Source: Phoronis australis (lineage: Eukaryota; Animalia; Phoronida). From it: 62,222 nt of DNA. The first letter of the stretch is position 1, and each line of letters begins with the position of its first letter. The notes under the pieces are model-generated. The model was not told the DNA's origin and did no database searches. It saw only the letters and a program-made list of their open reading frames with translations. Shown one piece after another: positions 61,040 to 62,222 of this stretch. A program made the translations under genes and the position numbers. Location: the NCBI GenBank assembly GCA_002633005.1, contig NMRA01001059.1, forward strand, positions 1 to 62,222, given 5' to 3'.

Positions 61040-61075
61040 CACGATATTTCGAAACACTTGTTTCATTCTCAAGTG
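61040..61075 (-). ncRNA. Minimal type I hammerhead ribozyme-like motif (U3-A8 variant) in the Penelope pseudo-LTR
   Basis: - strand reads CAC UUGAGAA U GAAAC AAGU GUUUC GAAA UA UC GUG: 3-bp stem I, core, 5-bp stem II, GAAA, palindromic mini stem III, AUC cleavage triplet. Confidence 0.65.
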
Positions 61076-61119
61076 AAGATAAAATGACGCAGTAATGCCA
61101 CCNATACTGCAAAGAATGA

Positions 61120-62214
61120 CTAAAGAATTAGGGTAACAGGAAAGTCACGCAAACAAGTGTAACGTGCGGCGCGACCCTGCTGCTCATTCAAAACAGGCTT
61201 CTCAAAAGCAATTAAAAGGGACTCCAATACTTTCAAACGCAGCCCATCTTGCTCCATGTAGCGAATTGACGTGTTTTCCACAATTTCTTGACGGGTGATT
61301 TTACGTTCGTGGTATTGCAGAAAATGATCTTGAATGGCGCCATTTTGAAGATGCATGGATAACCTACGAGACAGACTGCAAACCGTTTGACCAATGTAAC
61401 ATTGTTTGACGTTTGAACGAAGACATTCGTTCATAGGGCATACAAATTCATAAACAACACTACACTGGCGGACTTTCGCTTTAGAAATGTTATTTTTCAT
61501 GACCAAGTTGGAGGACTTCCTATTCCGATAATAAATAATAACATCAAGGTAATCATCAAGCTTACAAACTTTAGCATTGTCCCTTATGATTTTCTTAATG
61601 GCGTGTTCGTCCTGGAGGTAATTATTAGACATGACATTTTTGTAAAATATCTTTTTGGTGACACCAGTCCGATGTGCAGGGACTTCATAGCTAATTCTGA
61701 ATACAAATCGCTTAATATGGAAATCCACAAAAGCATTGGTATACCGATTATTCACCACTGTTTGTCTTATGCGATCTACCTCTTGATTGAACTATAGCCA
61801 GTTGGACGACATCGAATACGCCCTCTTTAGGAAGTTGACCACAACAGCGACCTTATACCGCTCAGGGCACTCACTTTTGGCGTGAAGACAGAAACCTTTA
61901 TCAGTAGGCTTGTGGTAAACTGATGTAGAAAATTCAGATGGAGAATGGTTCACAAGAACGTCCAAAAACGGCATCTTGTCATTTACAGGAAGCTCGTGGG
62001 TAAACTTCAATACAGAGTGACGCTCAAGTTCATCACATACTGATAACAAGTCATCAAAGGCACAATAAACAAAAATATCATCTACATAACGTACATAGAT
62101 AGGAATACCAACAATCACATTGCTATCCCTTTTTTCCACTTCAGATATATAAAATTCCGAGAAAGTGGGACCCAGAGGAGAGCCCATGCTCACACCATCT
62201 TTTTGCAAAAACAA
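61120..62214 (-). pseudogene. Penelope-like RT/GIY-YIG ORF broken by one in-frame TAG (61792-61794)
   Basis: ORFs 61792-62214 and 61120-61758 are in the same frame: ..NWL*FNQEVDRIRQTVVNNRY.. Confidence 0.88.
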
Positions 62215-62222
62215 TTTCCCAT

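Larger units (their letters stand above)
60850..62222 (-). mobile_element. Penelope-like element (Naiad-type): RT + GIY-YIG endonuclease + pseudo-LTR; runs off window end
   Basis: QKDGVSMGSPLGP, RYVDD, PFLDV, VYHKPT; VVYEFVCPMNEC..YIGQT..RRLSMH..LESLLI..KPVLNEQ; downstream repeat of the ORF N-terminus (MSLGQLL..FN.FC..ENLLPKY). Confidence 0.92.

Overview
AT-rich animal (invertebrate bilaterian-like) genomic DNA from a gapped draft assembly (N-runs at 5186-5755, 14034-14120, 32721-33363, plus single Ns). The main feature is the 3' part of a + strand, multi-exon receptor-type protein tyrosine phosphatase gene (168-44056). It encodes FN3 repeats, a membrane-proximal domain with an RRKR furin site, a juxtamembrane region, an intact D1 phosphatase, a degenerate D2 and a C-terminal YSNFK. 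I could not find the transmembrane exon. A second + strand gene appears to start downstream (signal-peptide exon 52004-52058, F-type lectin exon 59645-59848). Introns and intergenic DNA are packed with transposons: a young Tx1/L1-type LINE, Gypsy and CR1/L2 remnants, an RNase H fragment, two inverted THAP-bearing Kolobok-like elements, pogo-like and piggyBac-like non-autonomous elements, Helentron-associated (HINE/DINE-1-like) elements carrying arrays of CTCF-like motifs, P-like elements including a 27-bp footprint-like relic, and a Penelope-like element with a variant minimal hammerhead ribozyme. I found no demonstrably new system. The least explained structure is a modular ~70-bp-repeat/GC-rich block present at both 46.6-47.5 kb and 56.8-57.4 kb. 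All calls are by eye; no database searches were run.
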